From Candidatus Heimdallarchaeum endolithica (GTDB lineage Archaea; Asgardarchaeota; Heimdallarchaeia; Heimdallarchaeales; Heimdallarchaeaceae): a stretch of DNA of 20,000 nt. Below the pieces are notes generated by a model. That model made no database searches. It was given only the letters and a program-made list of their open reading frames with translations, and was not told the origin of the DNA. Below, piece by piece: positions 1 to 9,973 of this stretch; position 1 is the first letter of the stretch; every line of letters starts with the position of its first letter. The stretch lies in the NCBI GenBank assembly GCA_021513715.1, contig CP084167.1:2815060-2835059 (forward strand), in the 5' to 3' direction. A program made the position numbers and the translations under genes.

Positions 1-915
1 AAGACCAATTGTGAGTGGGAAGAAGATAAGAAGATAAGAATTAATATCTGAAATGAAAGGAAGTAGAAGAAAAGCTAAAGCTTGAATAATAAACCCAATT
101 GTAACTGTTATTCTTCTACCAATTATATCTGCTAATAGTCCTACAGGGTAGGAAAACAAGAAGAAAATAAATGCTACTTCAATTACAAAGTGATAAAGAT
201 AGTCAGTCAATTCATAAATTTGAAAAAGTAAAATAGTAGAATAATAAGTGTTTGTAAAAAAGAAACCCCAGAATAAAGCAAAAAGGCTACTCCATCCATA
301 CTTACCTATACGGTTAACAAGTTCTACTTTCTCTTCCTCTTGCGAGAATAGAGAAAATTTTCTTTTACCAACTAATATTGAAGAAAAAATAAGTATTAAA
401 ATTAAAACAAGAAAAGAAAGATTAATCCATTTTTTATCTCTAGCGAATCTATCTATAAATGCTTCAATAATCATAAATGGAGCAATAGACATAAGAGCAA
501 GTGAATACATTCTTGCTCCCATTTGGGGATTTTCAAAAAAGTAGATTAAATTATAATGTGCAACAACTAACCCTATTCCTATAGAGTAGCCTGCAATACC
601 AAGAAGAAGAGATATTAACCATATTTTGTTAACAAATAACATAGTTACCATGGAAAAACAAAGTGTAGTTGAAGAAATTAAGTAAAGAACAAAACTATCC
701 AGATTTCTAAAAAGAAATATATAGGAAATGCTTCCTAAACTAATAAAAAATAAGTGGAAAATAATAAAAATAAAACTTGATGCATTACTATTAATAAGAG
801 TTGAGAACTCAATAATAAAATGGAGATTCCAAGAAAAAGCTCCAAAAACGCCAGTACCTACCAAAACTAACCAACTATATGTTGAATAGTGTTTTAAATT
901 TGGGAATAAGTTCAA
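1..915 (-). CDS. MFS-like transporter, C-terminal part truncated by window edge
   Basis: Manual minus-strand translation is open from a TTG at 915 to position 1 (LNLFPNLKHYSTYSWLVLVGTGVFGAFSWNLHFIIEFS...). It has repeated hydrophobic segments and an MFS-like loop motif '...YPVGLLADIIGRRITVTIGFIIQALAFLLLPF'. The start codon is uncertain. Confidence 0.65.
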   Translation of the reverse strand, partial: MNLFPNLKHYSTYSWLVLVGTGVFGAFSWNLHFIIEFSTLINSNASSFIFIIFHLFFISLGSISYIFLFRNLDSFVLYLISSTTLCFSMVTMLFVNKIWLISLLLGIAGYSIGIGLVVAHYNLIYFFENPQMGARMYSLALMSIAPFMIIEAFIDRFARDKKWINLSFLVLILILIFSSILVGKRKFSLFSQEEEKVELVNRIGKYGWSSLFALFWGFFFTNTYYSTILLFQIYELTDYLYHFVIEVAFIFFLFSYPVGLLADIIGRRITVTIGFIIQALAFLLLPFISDINSYLLIFFPLTIGL

Positions 916-1035
916 TTATGTTCACAACCCTTTTATCCTTAAACAAAAAAAGCTTATTATAAATCTTATTAGTAATACAAAAGCAAAAATCTTTTCTGAA
1001 AAATATAGTAAAAAAATAGAGAATATACTTCAAAA

Positions 1036-1905
1036 TCAATTTTTTTGAATCTGTTTAATATAGCGATAAACAGAACCCCACATATATTCATCATCTCTTT
1101 CTTTAACTTCAAAATTATTAGTATGAAGCCATTTTTGTAGGGCTTTCTTTGTTTCTTCATCATAAACTGTGTCGATTGATCCAGTATAAAAACCGTCTTT
1201 TTTCAAAACTTGTTTAATTACTTGCAAAACTTCCCCTTCAAGTTTAACAATATCGTTAGGATTATCTCTTTTTAGTAAACTTAAATCATATAAAGTAAAA
1301 ACACGTTGTAATTCTTTAATAGGTTCTCTATGCTCATCTACTCTGATATCAACATAGCGGTCTGTACCACCGTCATATGCACCTTTTTCTTTAACGATTA
1401 ATATAGCTGCAGATTGTTTTCCTCTTTTGTCTCCACCTTGTTCCTGTCCTGCAAACAAAGCAGCAATTAACTTTTCTACTAAATCTCCTTTTGTCTCCTT
1501 ATAAGCTTCAGCCATAGATTCTACAACTTTTTCAGAAGCTAGAATATTTCCTTGACAAGCAAAATTTTCTTCTACAATATGTCCTGCCCAGTCAAAACAT
1601 TCTTTTCCAGTAAATGAAGCAGCTTGACCATATTTATCTACTATACCAATTTGACGATGTTCTCTTTTGTCATCATATTTGGTCAAAATTTCTATAACTT
1701 CATGAGCGGTATAACCTTGTTCTAAAAGAACTAAACCTTTTGTTCCATAACTTGTGTTTGCATAAGCTTGTGTAGCTATTGCTCCTACATTTGCTTTTGC
1801 AAATGGGACTATGGCTCCAACAGCTATGAATTTTGATTGAACTGCTACTCCCCACTCTTTATTTTTTGGATCATAGGCAACAATTGAAAATGTCATTTTT
1901 ATCAA
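1036..1905 (-). CDS. DUF1028 family (Ntn-hydrolase-like) protein with C-terminal peptidoglycan-binding-like domain
   Basis: N-terminus MTFSIVAYDPKNKEWGVAVQSKFIAVGAIVPFAKANVGAIATQAYAN...YG is typical of DUF1028. The C-terminus 'VIKQVLKKDGFYTGSIDTVYDEETKKALQKWL' resembles a PG-binding repeat. The ORF track start MIKMTFS is 3 codons upstream of the likely MTF. Confidence 0.85.
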   Translation of the reverse strand: MIKMTFSIVAYDPKNKEWGVAVQSKFIAVGAIVPFAKANVGAIATQAYANTSYGTKGLVLLEQGYTAHEVIEILTKYDDKREHRQIGIVDKYGQAASFTGKECFDWAGHIVEENFACQGNILASEKVVESMAEAYKETKGDLVEKLIAALFAGQEQGGDKRGKQSAAILIVKEKGAYDGGTDRYVDIRVDEHREPIKELQRVFTLYDLSLLKRDNPNDIVKLEGEVLQVIKQVLKKDGFYTGSIDTVYDEETKKALQKWLHTNNFEVKERDDEYMWGSVYRYIKQIQKN

Positions 1906-1999
1906 GAAAACATTAATCTGTATTTAATAAATTTTACTTGAATATTAAATTTACAATGAAAATAAACTAATAATAAAAAATGTTAAGAAAGTTATTTCT

Positions 2000-2941
2000 T
2001 CATTCTATCCATTTGACCTTTAGTTCTCTTCTTGATGGAGCTCTTTCAAAATGGTATTTGGGGTAACCTAGTATTAGTACTCCATAACAATTATTTCTAT
2101 CAGGAATGCCTAGTTTTTTTCTATATCTTTTATTTCTCCACAAATATTCTTGGGCGAAACCTATCCACGCTGTTCCTAAACCTAATGATTGGGCGGCAAA
2201 CATTCCATGCGTTAGAGCTATCCCACCATCACTTGCAGACATTTGAGAATAACTTGGTGCATGAAGAACAATTACACAGGGTGCATGATAAAAAACTAGA
2301 TCTTCTCCTTCTAGAGTACGTTTTCTGTAAGATTCCAATTGAAATTTCGTTTTTTTACTCATAAGTCTTCTTCTTACTCCTTTAGGAACAAAAGGATAAA
2401 GTAAAAATCTGATCTTTAATAAACTCTCTAGTTTGAAGAAGAAATTCATAATTCTAGATGAAAATTCAGCTATTATTTCTTTATTAGTAATTACTATAAA
2501 ACTCTGTCTCTGTCTATTGCTAGCAGTAGGAGCATAACGCATTGCTTCTAGAACTTTCTCTATTTTCTCTTTTTCTACTTCTTTATCCAAAAAGCATCTA
2601 TGAGTTCTTCTACTTCTTATAACTTTAAATAAATCTTCGAAGGCGATTATTTTTTCTGGATTTTTAATTCCATCAAATTCAAGTGGTTTCTCTGCTCCTG
2701 TATATTCTATTGCATTAGTTGGGCAAATACTTAAACAGTGACCACATCTAAAACAAAATTTGTAAGGGTCAGAGAAAACAATTTTTTTGTTACCTTTTTC
2801 ATCTTTTTCTAAGGAAAAAAGTTTGACTAGACAAATATCAATACACTTTTTACACTTAATGCAAATTTCTGTATTTACGTTCTGAATTTTTAACATTAGT
2901 TGAAAAGAAATATGGTTAAATTTATTTTTTTCTCTTTTCAC
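2000..2941 (-). CDS. Nitroreductase family protein with N-terminal 2x[4Fe-4S] ferredoxin domain
   Basis: CIKCKKCIDIC and CFRCGHCLSICP clusters are followed by a nitroreductase fold segment (RRTHRCFLDKEVEKEKIEKVLEAMRYAPTASNRQRQSFIVI ... GLGTAWIGFAQ). Confidence 0.88.
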   Translation of the reverse strand: MKREKNKFNHISFQLMLKIQNVNTEICIKCKKCIDICLVKLFSLEKDEKGNKKIVFSDPYKFCFRCGHCLSICPTNAIEYTGAEKPLEFDGIKNPEKIIAFEDLFKVIRSRRTHRCFLDKEVEKEKIEKVLEAMRYAPTASNRQRQSFIVITNKEIIAEFSSRIMNFFFKLESLLKIRFLLYPFVPKGVRRRLMSKKTKFQLESYRKRTLEGEDLVFYHAPCVIVLHAPSYSQMSASDGGIALTHGMFAAQSLGLGTAWIGFAQEYLWRNKRYRKKLGIPDRNNCYGVLILGYPKYHFERAPSRRELKVKWIE

Positions 2942-3000
2942 TGATTTTTTACATTTGCAAAAGTTTAATACTTAATAATTGAAATTCATCAAAAAAATTT

Positions 3001-4512
3001 GTGGTTGAAATGAAAGAAAAATATGAACAATTACTTTCTATTTTTAGAGAGATTCAAGTCATTGAACAAATTTCTATGCTATTAGGTTGGGATAATCAAG
3101 TTGTTATGCCCCCAAAAGGTGTAGAGCAACGAGGAAATCAAATGGCATTTATAAGTAAATTACAGCATGAAAAGGCAATCAATCCTAAAATAGGTGAATT
3201 ACTTAAGGAGATTAAAGAAAGTCCAGAATACAAAAATCTTAGTTATGAAGAAAAAAGAAATATTTACCTTATGCAGAGAGAATATGATAGAGTAACAAAA
3301 ATACCTCCTGAGTTTATAGCTGAATTTACAAAACAACAAGTTCTTACTCATGAAATTTGGAAAAAGGCAAGACAAGAGAACAATTATGAGGAATATAAAC
3401 CTTATTTGAAAAAAATTTTAGATATGGGAAAACAATTTGCAAATTACCTTAATCCTGATTTACACCCTTATGATGTAATGCTAGATTATTTTGAACCAGG
3501 AATGAATAGAGAAAAATATAACAAAATATTTACTCCATTAAAAGAAGCACTCGTATCTTTAATTAAAAAATGTTTAGAGTCTCCCAAACAACCAAGAGTG
3601 GAGATATTGAACAGGAAGTGTCCAATAGAAATACAGAAAAAATTGTCTTTAGATGTAATTCCTCTCATAAATTATGATCTGGAAAGAGGAAGACTAGATG
3701 AAGCAGCTCATCCTTTTACAACTGGAAATTATGATGATGTAAGAATAACTACTCGATATTTAGAAAACTATTTTCCATCATCTTTCTTTGCTACAATGCA
3801 CGAATCTGGACATGCATGTTATGATCAAAATTTGAAAAAAGAGTGGAGATATCAACCTATTGGAAACTATTGTTCAATGGGGATACATGAGGCTAACTCC
3901 AGATTCTATGAAAATATCATCGGTAGAAGTATAGACTTCTGGAAATTCTATTTTAATAGATTTAAGGAGATAACTGGAACACTTTTTGAAGATGTCGAAC
4001 TTGATGATTTTGTTCATGCAATTAATAATGTACAACCCTCTGCGATTAGGGTTGAAGCAGATGAACTAACCTACAATTTGCATATTATACTAAGATACGA
4101 ATTAGAACGAGATCTTATGGAAGGAAAAGTAACGGTAGATGAACTTCCTGAAGTTTGGAACCAAAAAATGAAAGAGTTATTAGATTATGAAGTAAAAAAT
4201 GATGCTGAAGGAGTTTTGCAAGATATTCATTGGTCGAGTGGAATGGTAGGCTATTTTCCAACTTACAGTATGGGCAACATCTATGGAGCACAATTCTTAC
4301 ATAAACTATCCAACGATATTCCAAACTGGAGAGAAGAAGTAGAAAAAGGTAATATCAAAATTATGACTGATTGGATGAAGAAAAATGTTCAAGAAAAAGG
4401 GAACCTATATGATCCAGCGGAATTAGTAAAAGCAGTTACAAGTGAAGAACCTAATCCTCAATATCTTATTGACTATCTTACAGAAAAATATTCAAAGCTC
4501 TTTAATCTTTAA
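3001..4512 (+). CDS. Thermostable carboxypeptidase Taq-like metallopeptidase (M32)
   Basis: 503 aa with HEXXH zinc motif in the M32 context 'ATMHESGHACYDQN', 'GIHEANSRFYENIIGRS', and N-terminal 'MLLGWDNQVVMPPKGVEQRGNQMAFIS'. Confidence 0.92.
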   Translation: MVEMKEKYEQLLSIFREIQVIEQISMLLGWDNQVVMPPKGVEQRGNQMAFISKLQHEKAINPKIGELLKEIKESPEYKNLSYEEKRNIYLMQREYDRVTKIPPEFIAEFTKQQVLTHEIWKKARQENNYEEYKPYLKKILDMGKQFANYLNPDLHPYDVMLDYFEPGMNREKYNKIFTPLKEALVSLIKKCLESPKQPRVEILNRKCPIEIQKKLSLDVIPLINYDLERGRLDEAAHPFTTGNYDDVRITTRYLENYFPSSFFATMHESGHACYDQNLKKEWRYQPIGNYCSMGIHEANSRFYENIIGRSIDFWKFYFNRFKEITGTLFEDVELDDFVHAINNVQPSAIRVEADELTYNLHIILRYELERDLMEGKVTVDELPEVWNQKMKELLDYEVKNDAEGVLQDIHWSSGMVGYFPTYSMGNIYGAQFLHKLSNDIPNWREEVEKGNIKIMTDWMKKNVQEKGNLYDPAELVKAVTSEEPNPQYLIDYLTEKYSKLFNL

Positions 4513-4595
4513 TTTTCCTTTTTTCTTTATTTAACAGCGTATTTTTGCATTTTTTTGTGAATTGGTGTTATAATCCTTAAAAAATTTAAATACAA

Positions 4596-5278
4596 TTGCA
4601 GATGCAAAAAGCTATGTCTGTTACTTATCAAACAACATTTAAAATTTTCAAGAAGCACCCTTTAGGCTATATAGCAATAGTTCTGTGGGTTCTGGCAAGT
4701 ATAATTGATGTTTTAGATATGCTTTTTTCTTTAGCTTCAGGAGAATTGTTCTCTGCTCTGTTAGATCTTTTAGTAGTCATAGCTTTAATAGGTTATTCAC
4801 AACTCCTGTTATTGCCAAGAGTAAACGTCCAGATGATCCGATTGGAATGGCAAAAATATTATTTGTAAGCTTTGCAAGCGTAACAATATTTTTTGATATT
4901 ATGTATGCTGTTGTAGCACTTGGAAAAGGATATTATCTTACTGGTTATTACTGGTTTACTCTAATAATGGATATCTCATTAACATTCTTCACAGTAATTG
5001 GTGTATCTACGACTTTGAAAGATGTGAAAAGTTTTGATGAATTTACAGTTGCTGCCCCTCAATATTCACCTGTTGGTGGAAAGTATACCCCTTATGCTTC
5101 TTATTCTCCTCCTGTATCCACAAACCCAACAACCGAACCAAGTGTTCAACCTATTGGTCATCAACCTTCCACTATTCCTCCTCAACCTGTTGCAGAGGTT
5201 AAGTTTTGTACTAACTGTGGAGCAAAAAATAAAGTAGACGCTAAGTTCTGCACATCTTGTGGTTCTGCAATACGATGA
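4596..5278 (+). CDS. Small multi-spanning membrane protein with C-terminal zinc ribbon, split over two frames (probable frameshift)
   Basis: Two overlapping ORFs (4596..4868 and 4847..5278). The first has hydrophobic helices. The second continues with hydrophobic helices, a Pro-rich linker and CTNCGAKNKVDAKFCTSCG. Frame 2 is open upstream of 4847 (IAKSKRPDDPIGMAKILF...), so a shift at about 4805-4825 joins them into about 227 codons. Confidence 0.6.
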
Positions 5279-5316
5279 AAAATTATTTGTTGAAGATTAT
5301 CTGAATCTTCACAATT

Positions 5317-7743
5317 TTACTTTTTAATAATAGTTATTATCCCCTTTGTTCCATCAAGGATGATTTCTTGTCCAGTTTTTAGTAACTTTGTTGCATTTGA
5401 AACATTTGATACTAAAGGTAATCCGTATTCTCTTGCTACTATTGCTCCGTGTGATAAAGAACCACCAATTTCAGTTACTAATCCGGAAATTAATGCGTAA
5501 TAAGGAGACCAACCAATATCTGTGAAAGAAGCAACCATTATTTCTCCTGCTTCTATTTTTTCAGCATCTTCAACAGATTTAACTATTCTTACCTTTCCTC
5601 TTACTACCCCATGACTAACAGGAGTACCTTTTATCTCTGTAATGTTTTCTCTTTCTTCATTTGAAATTAGAATCGGTTCTGGTTTTCCTCTCACTATCTC
5701 TGGGAATTGAAGAGATCTTTGTTGAGCAAAAAGTTTTTTTCTTACTTGTGCTTTTGCTACTAGTTTATTGTTGTTATTATTTATTAAATCTCCAATCTCT
5801 TTATGTGTTAAGAAGTAAATAAGGTCTTGTTCAGGGATAATTTGTACTTCAACAAGCTTTTTTCCAAGAGCTCTGTAAGCCTTTCTAAATTCACCATGAA
5901 TTTTAATTGAAAGAGCCTTAGAATACTCCCTGTTTTGCATCCCCTCTTTTGCTTTTCTATAAATCATATTAAAAATCTTTAATTTTATTCCTTTAAGATT
6001 AAGTTCTTTGTATATCTCATCTAATAACATTTTTGAAGAGACATTACTTTCATTTTTATTATTAAGTGTGTTTCCTTTAACTAGTGATTGTAAAATACTA
6101 ATGAGTTCAAGAGGATTTTCTTTCCATTCTTTTTCTCTTAGTTCAGCTTCACGAATACATCTGTGTCCATGTCTCTGAATGAATTTAGAAAACAATTCAT
6201 ATATCTTCCCATTATTTTTGTCATTTAACCAATGAAAGGCATCTTCTAAAGATAAAGACAAAAATACTTCACTTTTATTTGTATCTGATGATATTTCTTT
6301 CGCTATGTCTTCTAATGATGTTACAATATTTGCTGATTCAATGTTCTTTATGTCTGTCAATAATAGAGCTGATTTTGTTAAAGCTTCCTCTGTAAAGTTA
6401 TTTCCTCCACTGATAAAACCAACAAGAGCACCGTTCATCATTCCAGAATTAGAAGAAACAATATAGTGTCTATACCAAGTTTTATTGTAGAAATCTAGGT
6501 TGTTATCAATTTCTTTGTAAAGTTCAGGAATTGAAAGATCGGTATTTATTCTAAATGTTCTAGCTGTTTTTTCTAATATTTTTAGAGCTTTTTTATGTTT
6601 GGATATAAATCTAAAATACTTTATACTATTTATCAAACGCTTCCTAAAAACTATTGGAGGACCTAGTGTGGTATCATCCAGTGTTTTTCCTAAAATGTTA
6701 AGTTCAAAAGAATCTTTACTTGTTCCAAGAATACATCTAGCAATTTTGTACATTTTAGTCAAATTGAAAAACAAGTGATTGTAAAAGTGAACAACATACC
6801 TTCCAGGTTCATTTTTTCTATATACCCCTATTCTTTCATACATCCATTTTAAACCGATATCTATTGCTTCAACAAAAACAGAAATAGTTAGAGGTGTTAC
6901 TGCTCCTGGAAGCATCTCTCCCACATTAGCTCTTGTAAAAATAATAGTAGAATCATCTACAGAGCTATCCAGCTCATTAATTGTAATTTTATTGATTGTG
7001 GTTATTGGGCGAGCTTGTAACCAAAAAAGGTCCCCTTTTTTATCTATTGCCCACTCCATATCCAAAGCTTTGCTTAGGTGCTTCTCTGCATATAAGGCTT
7101 GTTCAACTAAATTCTTTATTTGTTGTTCACTGAGAATAGCTTGTTCTCCACTATATTCTCTCATTATAATTTTTCCTTCTCTACTTAATACATATAGGTC
7201 AGGTTTAGCTTTTCCGCTAACAAGAGCCTCTCCTTCTCCTCTAACAGCATTAATGAGTATCTTTTCTTCTCCAGTAGAAGGATCTAAAGTGAAAATAACT
7301 CCAGAAACAGAGGGGTTGATCATGCGCTGAACAACTACTGCAACTTTACTTTCTTTGTTTTGAGACAAATTTTCAGAGTATTTTTCTACTTGAGTTGAGG
7401 AAGCAGATTCAATGCAGTTAATTACTGCTTTGTGGACATTTTCTATTCCTTCCACATTAAGAAAGGTTTTATATTGTCCTGCATGGGAAAAATCCTCACT
7501 ATCTTCTCCAACTGCTGAAGAACGAATAGCTACTTTTCCATTTCCAAGTTTAGAATAATAGTGTTTAATTTCATCAATTTTTTCAAGTTTTTCTCCTGGG
7601 AGGATTACAAAACCTTCAGGAACATTCAACCCACATTTGAGCAACTTGTTTAATCCTTTTGCTTTTCCTCCAACTTCCTCATTGTTAATATTTGACAATG
7701 GAAGAATTTTTTTAGTAAAGCTTTTTTCTGCCATATCGATCAC
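5317..7743 (-). CDS. PEP synthase / rifampicin-phosphotransferase-like phosphotransferase
   Basis: 808 aa with N-terminal PPDK-type ATP-binding domain (GGKAKGLNKLLKCGLNVPEGFVI...VAIRSSAVGEDSEDFSHAGQYKTFLNV) and C-terminal phosphohistidine domain (MVASFTDIGWSPYYALISGLVTEIGGSLSHGAIVAREYGLPLVSNV). Confidence 0.82.
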   Translation of the reverse strand: MIDMAEKSFTKKILPLSNINNEEVGGKAKGLNKLLKCGLNVPEGFVILPGEKLEKIDEIKHYYSKLGNGKVAIRSSAVGEDSEDFSHAGQYKTFLNVEGIENVHKAVINCIESASSTQVEKYSENLSQNKESKVAVVVQRMINPSVSGVIFTLDPSTGEEKILINAVRGEGEALVSGKAKPDLYVLSREGKIIMREYSGEQAILSEQQIKNLVEQALYAEKHLSKALDMEWAIDKKGDLFWLQARPITTINKITINELDSSVDDSTIIFTRANVGEMLPGAVTPLTISVFVEAIDIGLKWMYERIGVYRKNEPGRYVVHFYNHLFFNLTKMYKIARCILGTSKDSFELNILGKTLDDTTLGPPIVFRKRLINSIKYFRFISKHKKALKILEKTARTFRINTDLSIPELYKEIDNNLDFYNKTWYRHYIVSSNSGMMNGALVGFISGGNNFTEEALTKSALLLTDIKNIESANIVTSLEDIAKEISSDTNKSEVFLSLSLEDAFHWLNDKNNGKIYELFSKFIQRHGHRCIREAELREKEWKENPLELISILQSLVKGNTLNNKNESNVSSKMLLDEIYKELNLKGIKLKIFNMIYRKAKEGMQNREYSKALSIKIHGEFRKAYRALGKKLVEVQIIPEQDLIYFLTHKEIGDLINNNNNKLVAKAQVRKKLFAQQRSLQFPEIVRGKPEPILISNEERENITEIKGTPVSHGVVRGKVRIVKSVEDAEKIEAGEIMVASFTDIGWSPYYALISGLVTEIGGSLSHGAIVAREYGLPLVSNVSNATKLLKTGQEIILDGTKGIITIIKK

Positions 7744-8786
7744 GTTTTATTCTTTATGAGCTTTCCAAACTCAGCAATACCTTTTCCTTTCATCCCTAAT
7801 AATTCAAAATCAGCTAATCCTTCAGTAATTGAATAAGCATTATCCATTATCCAAGTAAGGGAAAGATCAAAAGAGCAGTTAGCAAGTATCCTTTCTTCAC
7901 TTTCCATTTGTGCAAAAAAAGTGAATTCTTTCGGAATACTATCTCTGTTAATCCATATACCCTCAAAAGTGCTTCCATCAACTACTTGTATAATCCCATC
8001 TTTCTTAATATGAAAACCAGTAACTAGGTTCCTTAAAATTGGATAATCTACTAAACTGAAATTGAAAAACGATCCATCCTCTAATCCAATAATTATCCAA
8101 ATGTGTCTTTCCATGAAACTCCAGTCTCTCTTACCATATGAATGGTCTCGTAACGCCATCATTGATAAATGAACAGTATTTCCATCTAAAGTGTAATTAC
8201 CTTCAAATTTACCACACTGTTCAGTATGAACTTGATCAGATTCCTTCAGTTTGGCAAAGAAGTTTTTACTCCAAGCTTCTTGTGATAATGATCTAGCCAT
8301 GGGTGCAGGGTGAATATCTGTGCTAAAGTTGATCAAAGGATAATCAGAAGAAAAAATTCCTTCGAATTTAATTAAAATCTGGTTGTTATCTCCCTCTAAC
8401 TCACCTTCAAAATCAATTTTCCATTTTTTTGCTGGTTCAAGACAAGTAAAAGTTAGCGGTCCAGAGGAAAAAATGTTTTTTCCTTTATTATTTGGTTTAT
8501 CAATATTTTTTTTATAGTTAAACAAACCTTTATTAGGAATAAAAAGGGCAAACCATACTTCTACATGGCCTACCCCCCTAAAAGCGAGACGAGCTAAAAA
8601 TCTATGTCCATCGTTTGCATGTCCTGTAAAATAAAAACTATTGTTATCCTGCTCTTTTGCGTTATTTGGGAGTTGGTAAGTTTCAACTTGATTTACATCA
8701 AAATCTAACTTTTTTCTCCTTTTTTCTATGATCTTTCTCGCTATTAGATACTTAATCTTTTTTTTCATTCCCATAATTGGCGCCAA
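7740..8786 (-). CDS. Uncharacterised protein translationally coupled to the phosphotransferase
   Basis: 348 aa ORF whose TGA stop overlaps the GTG start of the downstream 808-aa ORF (GTGA, 7740-7743). No motif I can name with confidence. Confidence 0.8.
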   Translation of the reverse strand: MAPIMGMKKKIKYLIARKIIEKRRKKLDFDVNQVETYQLPNNAKEQDNNSFYFTGHANDGHRFLARLAFRGVGHVEVWFALFIPNKGLFNYKKNIDKPNNKGKNIFSSGPLTFTCLEPAKKWKIDFEGELEGDNNQILIKFEGIFSSDYPLINFSTDIHPAPMARSLSQEAWSKNFFAKLKESDQVHTEQCGKFEGNYTLDGNTVHLSMMALRDHSYGKRDWSFMERHIWIIIGLEDGSFFNFSLVDYPILRNLVTGFHIKKDGIIQVVDGSTFEGIWINRDSIPKEFTFFAQMESEERILANCSFDLSLTWIMDNAYSITEGLADFELLGMKGKGIAEFGKLIKNKT

Positions 8787-8898
8787 ATCATGAGCAACAT
8801 ATGTGCTTTATTAATATTCACTACAAAAAAATGGAAAAGCAATTTCACTATTCTGTGATTAAATAGAAAAGAAAAATAAAAATAACTTGAGTTTAATC

Positions 8899-9912
8899 TC
8901 ATTCTATTTCTGTTGGCCATTCAACATCTTTATACCAATATGGTTTTCTTATCATTCCAAATGCATTGTGTGCAGCTATTGCTCCTTGAGCAACGGCTAT
9001 AACTATCAGTTGATATGCAGTAGCTACATCTCCTATAGCAAATACTCCTGGAATGTTTGTTCTCATTTCTTTATCTACTTTAATATATTTTCCATCTTTT
9101 TGCAATTCAAGTTTATCAAAAATTTCAATATTGGTTTTCATACCTACAGCGAGAATACAAGCATCAACATCAATTTCTCTTTTTAGTTTTGTATTACGAT
9201 CAAGTAAAACTGCTTTTTCTAAAATTTGTTCTCCTTTAAGTTCTTCAATCTCGCTATTATAGACTATTTCAACATTTTTGAGACTAACTACTTTTTTTAC
9301 TTTAGATTCAGCTGCCCTAAAACTATCTCTTCTATGAACCAAGTAAACTTTCTCAGCAACATCCCTTAGCTCCCAAACTGAATCAATGGCCGTGTCTCCT
9401 CCACCAACAACCACTACTTTTTTCCTTTTGAATAATTCAGGATCAGTAACGAAATTATATACTCCTTTATCCTTACGTTTAAATTTTCTTTCACCAGGAA
9501 TGCCTAACTCTGCAGGCTGTGAGCCTGTGGCGATGATAATTACTCTAAATCTATATTTTCCTTCATTTGTTACTACTGTTTTATCTGGTAAAACCTCAAT
9601 CACTCGTTCATGTTTAAGTTCCGCCTGTACTTCCTGCGCTTGAATAACAAACTCATCTATTAACCGTTTTCCTAAAATACTTGGGGCACCAGGATAGTTT
9701 TCTACTATTTTTCTAGAATAAAGAGTAGAAACTATTCCTCCATACTTTCCGCTTTCAAAAACGGTTACTTTTAATCCTTTATAGGCTGCAATTATTGCTG
9801 CGCCTAGCCCACCCACTCCACCACCTATTATTCCAACATCAGCATAATAATCGTTTTCTTCTGTTGTCATAGATAAAAATTTGTATAACTCACTAATATA
9901 TGTTTTGTACAT
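8899..9912 (-). CDS. Thioredoxin-reductase-fold FAD/NAD(P) oxidoreductase lacking the CxxC (ferredoxin-NADP reductase type 2-like)
   Basis: GGGVGGLGAAIIAAYKGLKVTVFE (FAD), VVVVGGGDTAIDSVWELRDVAEKVYLVHRRDSFRA (NAD(P)) and GVFAIGDVAT. The position of CATC is occupied by 'GVYNFVTDPEL'. Confidence 0.85.
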   Translation of the reverse strand: MYKTYISELYKFLSMTTEENDYYADVGIIGGGVGGLGAAIIAAYKGLKVTVFESGKYGGIVSTLYSRKIVENYPGAPSILGKRLIDEFVIQAQEVQAELKHERVIEVLPDKTVVTNEGKYRFRVIIIATGSQPAELGIPGERKFKRKDKGVYNFVTDPELFKRKKVVVVGGGDTAIDSVWELRDVAEKVYLVHRRDSFRAAESKVKKVVSLKNVEIVYNSEIEELKGEQILEKAVLLDRNTKLKREIDVDACILAVGMKTNIEIFDKLELQKDGKYIKVDKEMRTNIPGVFAIGDVATAYQLIVIAVAQGAIAAHNAFGMIRKPYWYKDVEWPTEIE

Positions 9913-9973
9913 ACGTATAAATCAATTAAAAAACTACATATTTAACTAGATGTATTTTTAGAAACTATTATTG

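Noticed and set aside
248-544. ORF 248..544 (+)
   Set aside because: Antisense to the longer hydrophobic minus-strand frame carrying MFS-like motifs.
2032-2364. ORF 2032..2364 (+), and similar short + ORFs inside minus genes (6992..7330, 9053..9262, 9386..9643, 12527..14145)
   Set aside because: Fully antisense to strongly supported coding genes, with no conserved motif.
5317-7743. Calling the 808-aa protein a true PEP synthase (ppsA)
   Set aside because: The domain order and divergent middle region fit the wider rifampicin-phosphotransferase/PEP-utilising family. The substrate cannot be assigned from sequence reading alone.
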